Below, piece by piece: positions 52,671 through 64,000 of a stretch of 64,000 bases of DNA; within the stretch, counting starts at the first letter, position 1, and every line of letters starts with the position of its first letter. Below the pieces are notes generated by a model. The model ran no database searches. It was not told the origin of the DNA and saw only the letters and a program-made list of their open reading frames with translations. The position numbers were made by a program, and so were the translations under genes. Origin of the DNA: Octopus sinensis (taxonomy: Eukaryota); assembly GCF_006345805.1 (NCBI RefSeq), contig NC_043007.1:31248001-31312000 (forward strand), read 5' to 3'.

Positions 52671-55600
52671 GTTTCTTTTCCATTGCTTAGTGAGTGCTGG
52701 ATGTTTCTCTAAATTGGTAACATAATCAGTTGCTGGTTAATATATTTACTACAAGGGAATTACCATTTCGAAATTCAACCAACGACTGCAAAATTCTTAG
52801 CAGAGAGAGAGAAGCAGGCATGAAAACATACGTTAGTGAAGAAACGTAATCACCTGACTTATTCACTGTACTGATTAATTTAAAATGCGTTGCCAAGAGT
52901 GATTCATACCTTTTATCTTATCGTATTAACTAGTTATTCAGATAAAACAACAACTGCAACAACAACAGCAAAAATCTGAGTATAAGAGGAATCGGATATT
53001 GTCTGCAAGAGAAAAGACTGTTGATGTGTCTCATCATTATCCTAATGTCCACTTTTCCATGCTTGTATGGGTTGGATGGTATTTGTTGAGGTAGATTTTC
53101 TACGGCTGGGTGCCCTTCCTGTTGCTTACCCTCACTTGTTCCGAAGTTAGGTAAGTCTTCCCCTGTGGCCGGACATGCCAACTCGAATTACATTGTGGGG
53201 CCACTTTAATCTCAAAGTTTTTTGAGGGCCGCTTGTAATACTGACAGAATTGAAAGCATTTTTGCTTTCTCATGCTATTATTACAATAATGAATGAACAA
53301 TCATTGATTCAACATCAAATATTATCGTTGCAAAAACAGTAGTATATATATATTTTTTTTATTTTCATTAAAATCTTTAATTTTTGATAAAATATTTAAA
53401 ATCCTTGATTAAATAAACAGTAATTTCAAGAAAGTACCAAGTGGGCTGCAAGATAAAAGTCTGTGGGCTGCAGGTTGGCCAGTCCTGTATTAGAACATCC
53501 ACATTTAATTAAGGATAAATATCACCTGTCGGTATTAATATTACTTGTGTCACTAATGAATATTTGTTAATGAGCTGCATGGATACAATGAAGCAGGCTC
53601 TTGTTTTGCTGTTTATTCTTTGATGTCGTCATTCCACAGAAAATGGACCAAAACCAAGAGCCTGGCTGATTGTATGAATGCAGCACAGCACAGAAGTCAC
53701 TGGCCCCTGGGAGGGATCCTGGCTGATGGCTGGCTTCGAAACCATCGTGCTTGTCGTTCAGCTTGTTTTAGTCATCATGGCCACTCATTCACTCCTGCTG
53801 AATCTTATGTAAACTTAGTATGGGGAGCTCTGAATCGATGATATTCACACAGCCTCTGCCTACTCGAGCGTGACATTGTAAATATATGTATGTGTAATGA
53901 AGTGCTTCAATGATTTCCTGCTACTCTCTCCAATCTCCGATCGCACAAACAAAAGCCGCAGAGCATGAATTGGAACTGCTTATTGGAGGAGACCATCTCT
54001 TTTATTGTGGTTCTGCGTCTCACTCTGGAAATATAACATTTGTAATTTACTCGCTCGAAACAAAGAACCAGGCTCGTTAATTAAAGAATTAATAAATTAT
54101 GCTCTCTAAATATGGGGGAGAGAGAAGAGAGGACACAGAGAGAGAGAACATGCTGAAGTGTTTGTTGTGAGCTGGTCAATCAATTTGCAAGATATAGCAG
54201 CCAAATTCTATCAGCTCAGTCAACCTTCTATTTTAAAATAGGAAGGAGACATCATATATATGATAGACATCTAGATATGCGAAAAAGGAGAGATGAGTTC
54301 GATTCAGTACCTGGTTTTAATCAGGGTCCTAAAGAGCAATTATTACAGGCAAGTAAACAAGCTAACAAAAGTCCCCTTTGAGCAAGATCATCTGATCTTG
54401 CGAATTGCCCTCAAATCACCTCCCTATAGTCATCATCATCATCTTCATCATCACTATCATCATCTAATGTCTGCTTTTCCATGCTTGCATGGGTCTGACA
54501 GAATAGAAGGATATGAATGTATGATATGGAGACAAAAGCTTGTGTCTTGCTGAACAGGAAGAATACATGCTCTCCTTAGCTGGAGAGAGAGAGGGGGAGA
54601 AAGAGAGAGCACTGATGATACAAAGTGAATATCAGAGAGAATAGGAATTGAGCAACAGAAAAGGTGGGTGGTTTTTATAAGTGTTCTTGAGTCTTTGTTA
54701 ATCTTTAAGTACAGCTCTTTTTTTTTTTTTTTTCCATTTTTGCCAGAAAGAGGAAGTGTTGTTCTTTTAACTATTGAGAAGTCTACTCATTGAGGAGAGG
54801 AAGCAGATAAGTAATTAAACCTGCCTCTGTCATTGGTTCTAAAGTGGACCACAACTTCTGGGTCTAGTAGCACCAATAGCTGCCCTTAGCTCACTGTTTT
54901 TGTTGCTGTTTTATAATCCTGGGCTAGCCCTAATTGAGTATGATTGAAGATATTCCAGCTGTGAAGATCCTGTGCTTTTTATTTATTTATTCGAATTAAT
55001 ATATTCATGGTAAGCATGGTGTGGGGTAAGAAGTTTGCTTCTAACCACATGGTTTCAGGTTCAATCCCACTGTGTGGAACCCTGGACAAATATCTTCTAC
55101 TATAGCCTTGGGCCAATCAACGCCTTGTGAGTGAATTTGGTAGACAGAAACTGAAAGAAGTCTGGTGTGTTTGTGTGTGAATGTGTGCGTGTGTGTGCAT
55201 GTTTGTGTCTGTGCATGCACTAGTGTAGCTAGTGTGTGTGCTACCCAGGGTGGCCCTTCTGTTTGCTGCCCCCAGACCCCACAAAAAAGCACATTGCCTA
55301 CAGATGATCCAGAAGTGCTGCCCCTTTAAAAGTGCCGCCCCAGGTGGACTACCCCCAACCAACCCACTAGCTATGCTAGTGTGTGACTGTGTGTATGTGC
55401 ATGTGTGTTTACGTGTGTGTGTGCGTGCATCTGTGTTTGTGTTTGTTACTGTTTCCTTGTCTTGGCCTCAAATGAAAGTTGTAAACAAGTGTCACTTCCA
55501 CGCAAGCAGTGTCCTTCTTTTCCAATTTTCCATAAAAGCAAGTGTGGTCATGGGGGAAATTTTCATCTTACTTGGAGACAGGTGAGGGTTTGCAGCAGGA

Positions 55601-56239
55601 AGGGCATCCAGCCATCGGTAATCTGCCCCAACAAATTCTGGCTATTCCATGTAAACATGGTAAAAATGGACATTGAATTGATGAGAATAATGTTGGAAAA
55701 TTAGCTGTTGTTTCTAGTAAGGCATGCCACCACATAGAAGCTTCTGTCCCTTCGGCGTGGCTGGTGGTAAGTCTTACTCCTGTGCTGCTGGGGATACTCG
55801 GCCACTCTTGGTTATTTAGTGCATCTGTGGGCTTAACAATTATTGTGGAGTGGTGCCAGGTTTGTTAGCGGGGATGGAGTGTGTATTGTGTCAGAAGTCA
55901 GACCCCTAGTGCCGGATGGGAGGGGAGGGGGCGTGGCAGGGCTGTGTTGAGTAGGGAGAGATTTATTAAGCAATCAACATTATTATTATTATTGTTGTTA
56001 TTATTATTATTGTTATTCACTTCCTGTTGAAGATTAACCGGGTGTAAGTAGTAGAACAAGAGAGATGGTGAGATGTGGTGGAAGGTAGGTTTTGATGTGA
56101 TGGTGGGGGCGGGGTCATGTGCGGCAGGTGGGGTGCAGGAAATGGGAGTGAGAAGATGTTTCAGTGAGGGTGGTGCTGGTGAGAAGAATATTTTTAGAAC
56201 TTCTTGTAGTAGAAAACTGGATACTTACAATAATCTATG

Positions 56240-56600
56240 AAGTTTTGGCATGACGATGGTGGTGGTGGTGGTGGTGGACTTAATATACATAACACTTTCA
56301 CTACCATCAACATTACCATCACCACCAATAACAGCACTACCACCACCACCATCACCACTATTACCACCACCACCATTACTACTACTACCATCACCACCAC
56401 CACCATCATCACCTTACCATCACCATTACCACCATGACCACCACCACCACTATAATCCACCATCACTATTACCACCACCGCCATGACCACCACCACCATG
56501 ACCACCTCCACTACCATCACCATTACCACCATCACTATTACCACCACAACCACCATCACCACCACCACCGTCAACACCACTACCACCAACAACAATAATA
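56240..56600. repeat. (CAC/CAT)n trinucleotide low-complexity tract
   Basis: Seen directly; explains the poly-V/M and poly-T ORFs. Confidence 0.9.
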
Positions 56601-57333
56601 AGAGATAAGCCAAGAAATTATTGCTGTGCCTTATGGACACATCCCAGAGCAGCTGGGATAATTCCCTGGGACACTTGTGGCCATTGGAAAATAGCTGATA
56701 CCAGCTGTCCTGATTATCTGGGTGCTTCAATTGTTGTAGACTCCCACCACCACCATCCCCTGGACCACCAGATTCCACTTATGAGGGATAAATAAACTTT
56801 TTAATATAAGGGATGAAAAAAGTGGGCAAGCTGGCAGAATTGTTAGCACACCAGGCAAAATGTTTAGCAGCATTTTGCCTGGCCTTGGGTTCTGAGTTCA
56901 AATTCTGCCGAGGTCGACTTTGTCTTTCATCTTTTCAGGGTCGATAAAACAAGTATCAGTTGAGTACAGGGTTCAATGTAATCAGCTTGTCCTCACCCTT
57001 GAAATTGCAGGCCTTGTGCCAAAATTTGAAACCAACATACGAAACAAGAAGTTGAAAAGTGTATTGTAGCTTTGAAGGGTAATAACAAAAAAAAAAAGGT
57101 ATTATAACAAGGCGTGGCTGTGTGGTAAGAAGCTTGCTGCCCAACCACATGGTTCCAAGTTCAGTCCCACTGCGTGGCACCTTGGGCAAGCGTCTTCTAC
57201 TATAGCCTCAGGACGAACAAAGTCTTGTGAGTGGATTTGGTAGATGGAAACTGAAAGAAGCTTGTCGTATATATATATATATATAATGGACTTTCCCATC
57301 ATTAGATGATGTATGAGGATTTCACAATTTCTT

Positions 57334-57568
57334 CTTTCTTTATTGCTCACAAGGGGCTAAACATAGAGGGCACAAACAAGGACAGACAAAGGGTTTAAGT
57401 CAATTAGATCGACCCCAGTGCGTAACTGGTACTTAATTTATTGACCCCGAAAGGATGAAAGGCTAAGTCAACCTCGGTGGAATGTGAATTCAGAACGTAA
57501 CGGCACACAAAATACCACTAGGCATTTCGCCCAGGGTGCTAACGTTTCTGCCAGCTCCTCGCCGCTTT
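57334..57568 (-). mobile_element. SINE family B monomer with 18-bp TSD
   Basis: TSD aggatttcacaatttctt at 57316-57333 and 57569-57586. Confidence 0.9.
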
Positions 57569-58049
57569 AGGATTTCACAATTTCTTACTGAACAACCACA
57601 CACAGGATTTATTTCTAGGAATCAAATGTTTGTGTTGAGATAAACTCACTCTCTTTCCATCAAATTGATATTACCTGTACAGGTGCAACTGGGTGCCACA
57701 AATCAGGTGACAAAATGATCGCAGAGCAATGTGAAATGAAGTGCTTGCTCAAGAACGCAATGCAACTCCTGGTCTGGGAATTGAACCCATGATCTCACAA
57801 TTGTGAGGGCAACACCCTAAACCACTAAGCCATGCACCTTCACACACACACACACACATTTTAACTGAATTATGCTACTAAGAGTGTTAATGATAAGGTT
57901 GCTTGGGGCTAAGTGACATCAACAACAATAACAAAACCCACAGTAACAAGACCTTGGTCAGTTCAGTTGGATTAGGCGTAGGGAAGGCCACAATGATTCT
58001 TGTTGAATACCACAAAGTCAGACCCTAACGAGAAATATATTCCAGGATT

Positions 58050-58277
58050 GAGTGTGAGATGCAGGGTCGGGTGTGAGGGTAAGGTCGGCTGTGAGGTGCA
58101 AAGTTGACTGAGGAACAGGGTCAGGTGTGGGGTGCAGGGTCGGGTGTGAGGATCAGGGTCAACTGTGAGGAGCAGGGTCAGGTGTGAGGTCCAGGGTTGG
58201 GTATGAGGTGCAGGGTTGGGTATGAGGTGCAGGGTTGGGTATGAGGTGCAGGGTTGGGTATGAGGTGCAGGGTTGGC
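58050..58277 (+). repeat. G-rich 19-bp minisatellite (gggtatgaggtgcagggtt)
   Basis: About 12 units, more homogeneous toward the right, merging into a SINE A head. Confidence 0.9.
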
Positions 58278-58451
58278 TGTGTGGTTAAGCTGTTTCCTTC
58301 CAAACCCCATGGTTTCAAGTTCAGTCCCACTGTATGACACTCTGAGCAAGTGCCTTCCAATATACCCCTGGGTAAACTCAAGCCTTGTGAGTGGATTTGC
58401 TAGATGGAAACTGAAAGAAGCATGTTGCAAAGTATACATGTGTGTGTGATG

Positions 58452-58487
<36 letters not shown>

Positions 58488-58765
58488 CCTTGTCTTGACA
58501 GAGTACCATAATTGTATATGAGTGATGATTGTCCCTTGTCATTCATTTGCAATCTTCTGTGAAAACATGTCTGGCCACGAGGAACCATTACCTTGCTTGG
58601 AAGCAGGTGAAGGTTGGCAACAGGAAGGGCATCCAGCTGTAGAAAATCTGTCTCAAAAAAACTCTCTCTGACTTGTGCAAGCATGGACAAGTGGCTGTTA
58701 AAACAATAATGATAACGAGCTGACCTTTGATCGAAAATCTTCCCACCATGACCATCTCGTCTTAC

Positions 58766-58771
58766 CTGTAG
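58766..58771 (-). other. Candidate 6-nt microexon or recursive splice site
   Basis: Minus strand reads ctattttctggttctcttccag|CTACAG|gtaaga. Confidence 0.35.
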
Positions 58772-59141
58772 CTGGAAGAGAACCAGAAAATAGATTTTAT
58801 GATCTGTTTATTTCAAGTGTATTATCGATATTCTCCATTGCTGTCTGCAAGTTGGTGTGTGACAATGAATGAGAAAGCCATTTGGGTGGAGTGACTGCAT
58901 CTAAGAGAACAAGGCTGCATTAATGGTGATTGATTGGGTGATTGATTGATCGATTGATTAGAGGATGGGAAGCACGAAAGAAGCATTAAGAAACATTGCC
59001 GCTTACAAAGAATGCCAGTGTAACATGGACAGCTACGTGTGTGTGTGTGTGTGTGTGGTCAGTAGATCATTTATCCCCAAAAGAAGCATACTCTATGTTA
59101 GAGTAGCAATATATTTGTAAGAAGTTAAATATATGTCCGGA

Positions 59142-59278
59142 CATAGAGTGACCAATGGTTGTACATCCATAAAGCATTTAGCCTTATAGACGACTCATCA
59201 GACTCCAGCCACTGGAATCTGATGAGCTGTCTATAAGGCTAAGTGCTTTATGGATCTGAAACCTCTGGTCACTCTGTG
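59142..59278. repeat. 137-bp palindrome whose arms each carry a partial hammerhead
   Basis: Arms of about 67 bp around a 3-nt loop (59209-59211). Confidence 0.8.
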
Positions 59279-59344
59279 ACCAGCCATATAATTAACTTCC
59301 TGTATCATCATCATCATCATCATTTAATGTCTATTTTCCATGCT

Positions 59345-59746
<402 letters not shown>

Positions 59747-59784
59747 AGAGAATAAGTGTACGTATGTCGCTATAGATAAAATAA

Positions 59785-60025
59785 AATACAAACTGGGACA
59801 AGAACGCAAAACATCTGGACAACTAGGTGATACAAAAAGGGACAACAAAACATCCAGATAGACAATACAAAAAAAAACACGGACGGGTCATTCGAAGCCT
59901 TTTATCTTGACTGAAGATAAAAGGCTTCTGTGTTTTTTTTTGTATCGTCTATCTGGATGTTTTGTTGTCCCTTTTTGTATCACCTAGTTGTCCGGATGTT
60001 TTGCGTTCTTGTCCCATTTTGTATT
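59785..60025. repeat. Inverted repeat (96-bp arms, 3 mismatches) with an inner 15-bp hairpin
   Basis: 59785-59880 vs 59930-60025; inner hairpin 59894-59928; long TA runs on both sides. Confidence 0.9.
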
Positions 60026-60027
60026 AT

Positions 60028-60080
<53 letters not shown>

Positions 60081-61654
60081 GAATGTGTGTGCATGTGTTT
60101 GTGTGTACCCTTGTTTGATATCACGTGATGGTTGTAAATGAGCACCACTGTCATACAAGCAGCGCTGTTTGTTTAAAGTTTTCCATGGAAAGCATATCTG
60201 GCCATGGGGAAATATCATCATTCTTGGAAACAGGTGAGGATTGGCAACAGGAAGGGCATCTGACCATAGAAAATTTGGCTGACCCATCTGAGCATGGAAA
60301 AGTGATCATTAAATGATGATGATGATGATCGATAGTGCTTACATAATATCCTTGGTCTATAAACATTATAACTTATTTTGTATTTTGTAGGTTTCATTTC
60401 TGTTCTCACGCCTACATTTAGCAGGAACTAGGATAAGATTATTACCTTGTTATTTAAGATTCTAGATTAATTATGAGTTAAAACAAGTTCCCAGTAATTA
60501 AATAGATATATTTGCATACTGAAATGTTTGTATTTAATGAGTGTGTGTGTATATGTGTGTATGTGAGCATATTAATATTTTTAACTACTTATTAAGGTTT
60601 TTTTAACTTTGTTGTGGTTACAACTCATAATCTTAAATAATTAAATAATTAAGTTGATTAATAATCTAATGTCTAACACAGACTTGGCCATATTGCTAAG
60701 AAATTTGATTTGCAAAAGACCTATTTCTTTACTACCCACAAGGGGCTAAACACAGAGGGGAAAAACAAAGACAAACGGATTAAGTCGATTATATCGACCC
60801 CAGTGCGTAACTGGTACTTAATTTATCGATCCGAAAGGATGAAAGGCAAATCGACCTCGGCGGAATTTGAACTCAGAACGTTTCTGCCAGGACCAAGTTT
60901 CTCTATTTGATCCCACTCTGCAGTACATTGAGGAAATGTCCTCAAAGTTCTGCATCATCCCCCATGCCTTGGGAGTGAAATTTAGACTAGGGAAACTATG
61001 CAGAAGCCTGTCTGATGGACTGCACCGTATGGGATGGTACTGACACTCTGTCGGTTACAATGATGAAGGTTCCAGTGGTTCTGATCAACTGAAAATCAAT
61101 GTGCAAGTGGCTGAGTACTCCACAGACATGCAGTACCTCTACCATAGTTCACAGGGAGATTCAGCTGGATATGGAATGTGACAGGGTTGGCCCCTTTGGA
61201 AAACAGGTGCTACTCATTTTTTGCCAGCTGGGTAAGCTGGAGCAACACGAAGTAAAGTGTCTTGCTCAAAGGCACAATGTGTCACTGGGAATTGAACTCA
61301 CGACCTTAAGATTATGAGCCAAATATCCCGAACCACTAAGCCATGGGATTGTGGATTGACTCTATTGTCTTGTCTAATGTTATTCAACTGGCCCTTGGGG
61401 ACCCTTAGTGGAGTCCATTCTGTTGCAAGCATTTTGTGTACAATTGAGGGTAACTCAGAATTGGGTGTGAGATGTTTTGGTGCCCCTGCCTTCTTGGCAT
61501 TGCTGAGTCACCTATGATTTATTTGACATCAGATATTTTAATATCTCTCTCATTTTTCACCCCCCCCCCTCTCTGCTTGTAGGTGTGGGCATGTGTCTTT
61601 CAGTGGAGATGAGAAGAGGCAAAGTGTTTATGTCAGTTGCGTTCAATTAATGAA

Positions 61655-61728
61655 TTGTAATCTGTCTGTCCATCCACAGGTGCTATTACAACAGTAATAG
61701 CACCTGTGGACAGACAGACAGATTACAA
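61655..61728. other. 74-nt near-perfect hairpin
   Basis: 35-bp stem, two adjacent mismatches, 4-nt loop aaca. Confidence 0.9.
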
Positions 61729-62731
61729 ACCTCACCTGTATTACTATTTCTATTACCATATTGGTTTCAAATTTTTGGCACAAGGACAGCAGTTGTTTGG
61801 TGGGGGGAGGTGGTAAGTCAATTACATTAACTCCCTATTGCTCAACTTATATCATCGACCCCAAAAGGATGAATCGCAAAGTCGGTCTTGATGAAATTTG
61901 AACTCAGAATGTAAATACAGATAAAATACCTCTGAGCATTTTCCCTGGCCAAGTAACGATTTTACCTGCTTACCACCTTCATCACTATTACCATATCACT
62001 ACTACTACTACTACTATTCTTTTCTACTATAGGCACAAGGCTTGAAATTTTGGGGGCAAGGGCCAGTCGATTATATCGACTCCAGTATGCAACTGATAAT
62101 TAATTTATTGACCCTGAAAGGATGAAAGACAAAGTTGACCTCAGCAGAATTTGAACTCAGAGCATAAAGACAGATGAAATATCACTAAGCATTTCACCCA
62201 GTGTGCTAACGATTCTGCCAACTTGCCGCCTTTACTACTACTACTATTAATCACTACTGTGCACCTGCTAAATACAAAGCCCTGTCAACATGCTTGTGAT
62301 CCTTCTACATCTCCTGTACACCATAGCTTATAGTGGGTGCACTGTATGAAATTGCTCCTCATCATCATCACTTCGTGTCTGCTTTTCCATGCTGGCATGG
62401 GTTAGATGGCTTACACTGGAACCAGTAAGCTGAAGAGCTGCACCAGGCTCCAGTCTGATTTTGGCTTGGTTTCTATGGCTGGATGCCCTTCCTAATGCCA
62501 ACCACTCCACAGAATGTACCAGGTGCTTTTTATGTGCCACTGCCACGGGTGCCTTTTACATGTCACCAGCACTGGCCATGACTATGATGTCACTTAGCTT
62601 GATGTGTCTTCTGATGCACAGCAAATTGCTAAAAATCTCTGCCTAGTCTTTTGCTACCTGTCAAACCGTAATGATTCCCAGGTGTCTTCTTTACTGCAAA
62701 TGGAAACCGTTGTTTCAGAGATGTTACTTAC

Positions 62732-62754
62732 CTGGCAAATAAGTTGGTTTCATA
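62732..62754 (-). other. Candidate 23-nt microexon of an antisense transcript
   Basis: Minus strand reads tactaat (branch point, + 62776-62782), tgttctaccttcaacgcacag|TATGAAACCAACTTATTTGCCAG|gtaagt. Confidence 0.45.
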
Positions 62755-63222
62755 CTGTGCGTTGAAGGTAGAACAATTAGTAAAAGGTGCAGGTGTGTCT
62801 GTGTGGTGAGAGGTTTGTTTCCCAACCACATGGTCCTGGGTTCAGTCCCACTGCGTGGCACCTTCTTCTATAACCTCAGGCTGACCAAAGCCTTGTGGGT
62901 GGATTTGGCAGACTGAAACCGAAAGAAACTCATTGTGTGTGAGTGTGTGTATGTGGTGGGATGTCATTTTGTTTGAACCCAGCCTCAGTTGGTAACTGGT
63001 GTTGGTGTGGTTATGTTCCTGTAACTTAGCAGTTTGGCAAAAGAGGCTGATAGAATAAGTAACCAGGCTTTAACAAAAAAAAAAGCACTGTGGTTGATTT
63101 ATTCAACTAAAGTCCTCCAAAGCAGTGCCTCAGCATGGCCAGAGACTAATGACTGAAATGAGTTAAAAATGATTATAGCCTGGACCCTATTCAGAAACAT
63201 GAAAACTGTTAACTTCACTTAA

Positions 63223-63439
63223 CCCTTTAGCTTTCGGATTATTCTGTCAAATGTAAAGCTTATGTTTTCACACCATTTTAAATTAACCCAGCATCAGTTC
63301 ATGGCTTTGGAGTTTCAATGATGTGATTGTTTATTTTTAGAATGACACTCTAAGGTAGTTATGAAAAACCAGATCTGACCAGTTTGAAGATAAAACAGGA
63401 ATATTTTGGCCAGATACGGCCAGTTTAAGCACTAAAGGA
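63223..63439. mobile_element. piggyBac-like MITE (same family as 21629-21849)
   Basis: TTAA both sides; similar body. Confidence 0.8.
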
Positions 63440-63639
63440 TTAAACAGTTATTATTTGGTGATAACATTTTTATCCCATCAACTGCAACCTGGTCCATAGA
63501 CATGCAGTTGCAATTCATATGGATCCATGTCATTGCTTAGGTCACAGTTGGTACAACGAAAATTTTGTCACCAAAAAATAAAAGTTTAAGTGAAGTCGAC
63601 AGTTTTTGTGTTTTCAAAATAACTGATATGTATCTTCCA

Positions 63640-63800
63640 TGCTGTAATTGTTAAAAATGTCATCTTTGCTTGGTTTAATATTTCATATTTGGAATTTTAT
63701 CTCTAATTCTTTGAGATATTCAGCTATGAGAACTAGGTCATTGTTACAGAGAAGTCTGTTAGAATTGTCAGTCACAACATCAAGGTTGTTTAGCATTTGC
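63640..63800 (-). pseudogene. Decayed non-LTR reverse-transcriptase fragment (RTE-like)
   Basis: Minus frame LLCNNDLVLIAEYLKELEIKFQI* (63686-63754) resembles the LLYADDLALIAE...ELE.KFQ.W motif region; stops present. Confidence 0.55.
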
Positions 63801-64000
63801 CATCAAAGTAAATCTGTAAGAGAACTCTTATAGAAATGGTCCTTTTGCTCCTCTGCCGATTCTGATTGTGTTGCAAATGCAGAGATCAGTGTTGCTGCTG
63901 TATTACCCACAACCCATCTTTGTTTAATTATTCCGACACATATGCTGATCATCATCACCATCATCATCATCATTTAACGTCTGTTTTCCATGCTGGCTTG

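Noticed and set aside
56194-56778. 194-aa minus ORF rich in V/M/G
   Set aside because: Translation of a (CAC/CAT)n tract.
57972-58439. 155-aa ORF with PHTQPCTSY repeats
   Set aside because: Translation of the 19-bp minisatellite plus SINE A.

Overview
AT-rich, repeat-dense animal genomic DNA, almost entirely intronic. The repeat families look like octopus/coleoid cephalopod; this is from recollection, not a database search. Two short + strand coding exons (14975-15124 and 28589-28723) have canonical splice sites, are 13.5 kb apart and join in frame. They encode the C-terminal region of VPS39/Vam6 (HOPS complex). Neither the preceding exon nor the terminal zinc-ribbon exon(s) could be found in the window. 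Almost all ORFs in the supplied track are artefacts of microsatellites or SINEs. The rest is at least four modular SINE-like families (labelled A-D here), piggyBac-, hAT-, mariner- and Helitron/Helentron-like non-autonomous DNA elements, long TA-flanked palindromes, and micro/minisatellites. Three things stand out. (1) Four sequence-unrelated minimal type I hammerhead-ribozyme motifs of the kind carried by Penelope-like retroelements: one near-intact (39591-39651), one head-to-head palindromic pair with complementary defects (59142-59278), and two decayed. (2) Strong minus-strand splice signatures of a 23-nt and a 6-nt microexon, suggesting an unannotated antisense gene that may be nested in VPS39. 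(3) A perfect RFX X-box, a CpG-rich island and a near-perfect 74-nt hairpin in non-repetitive DNA.
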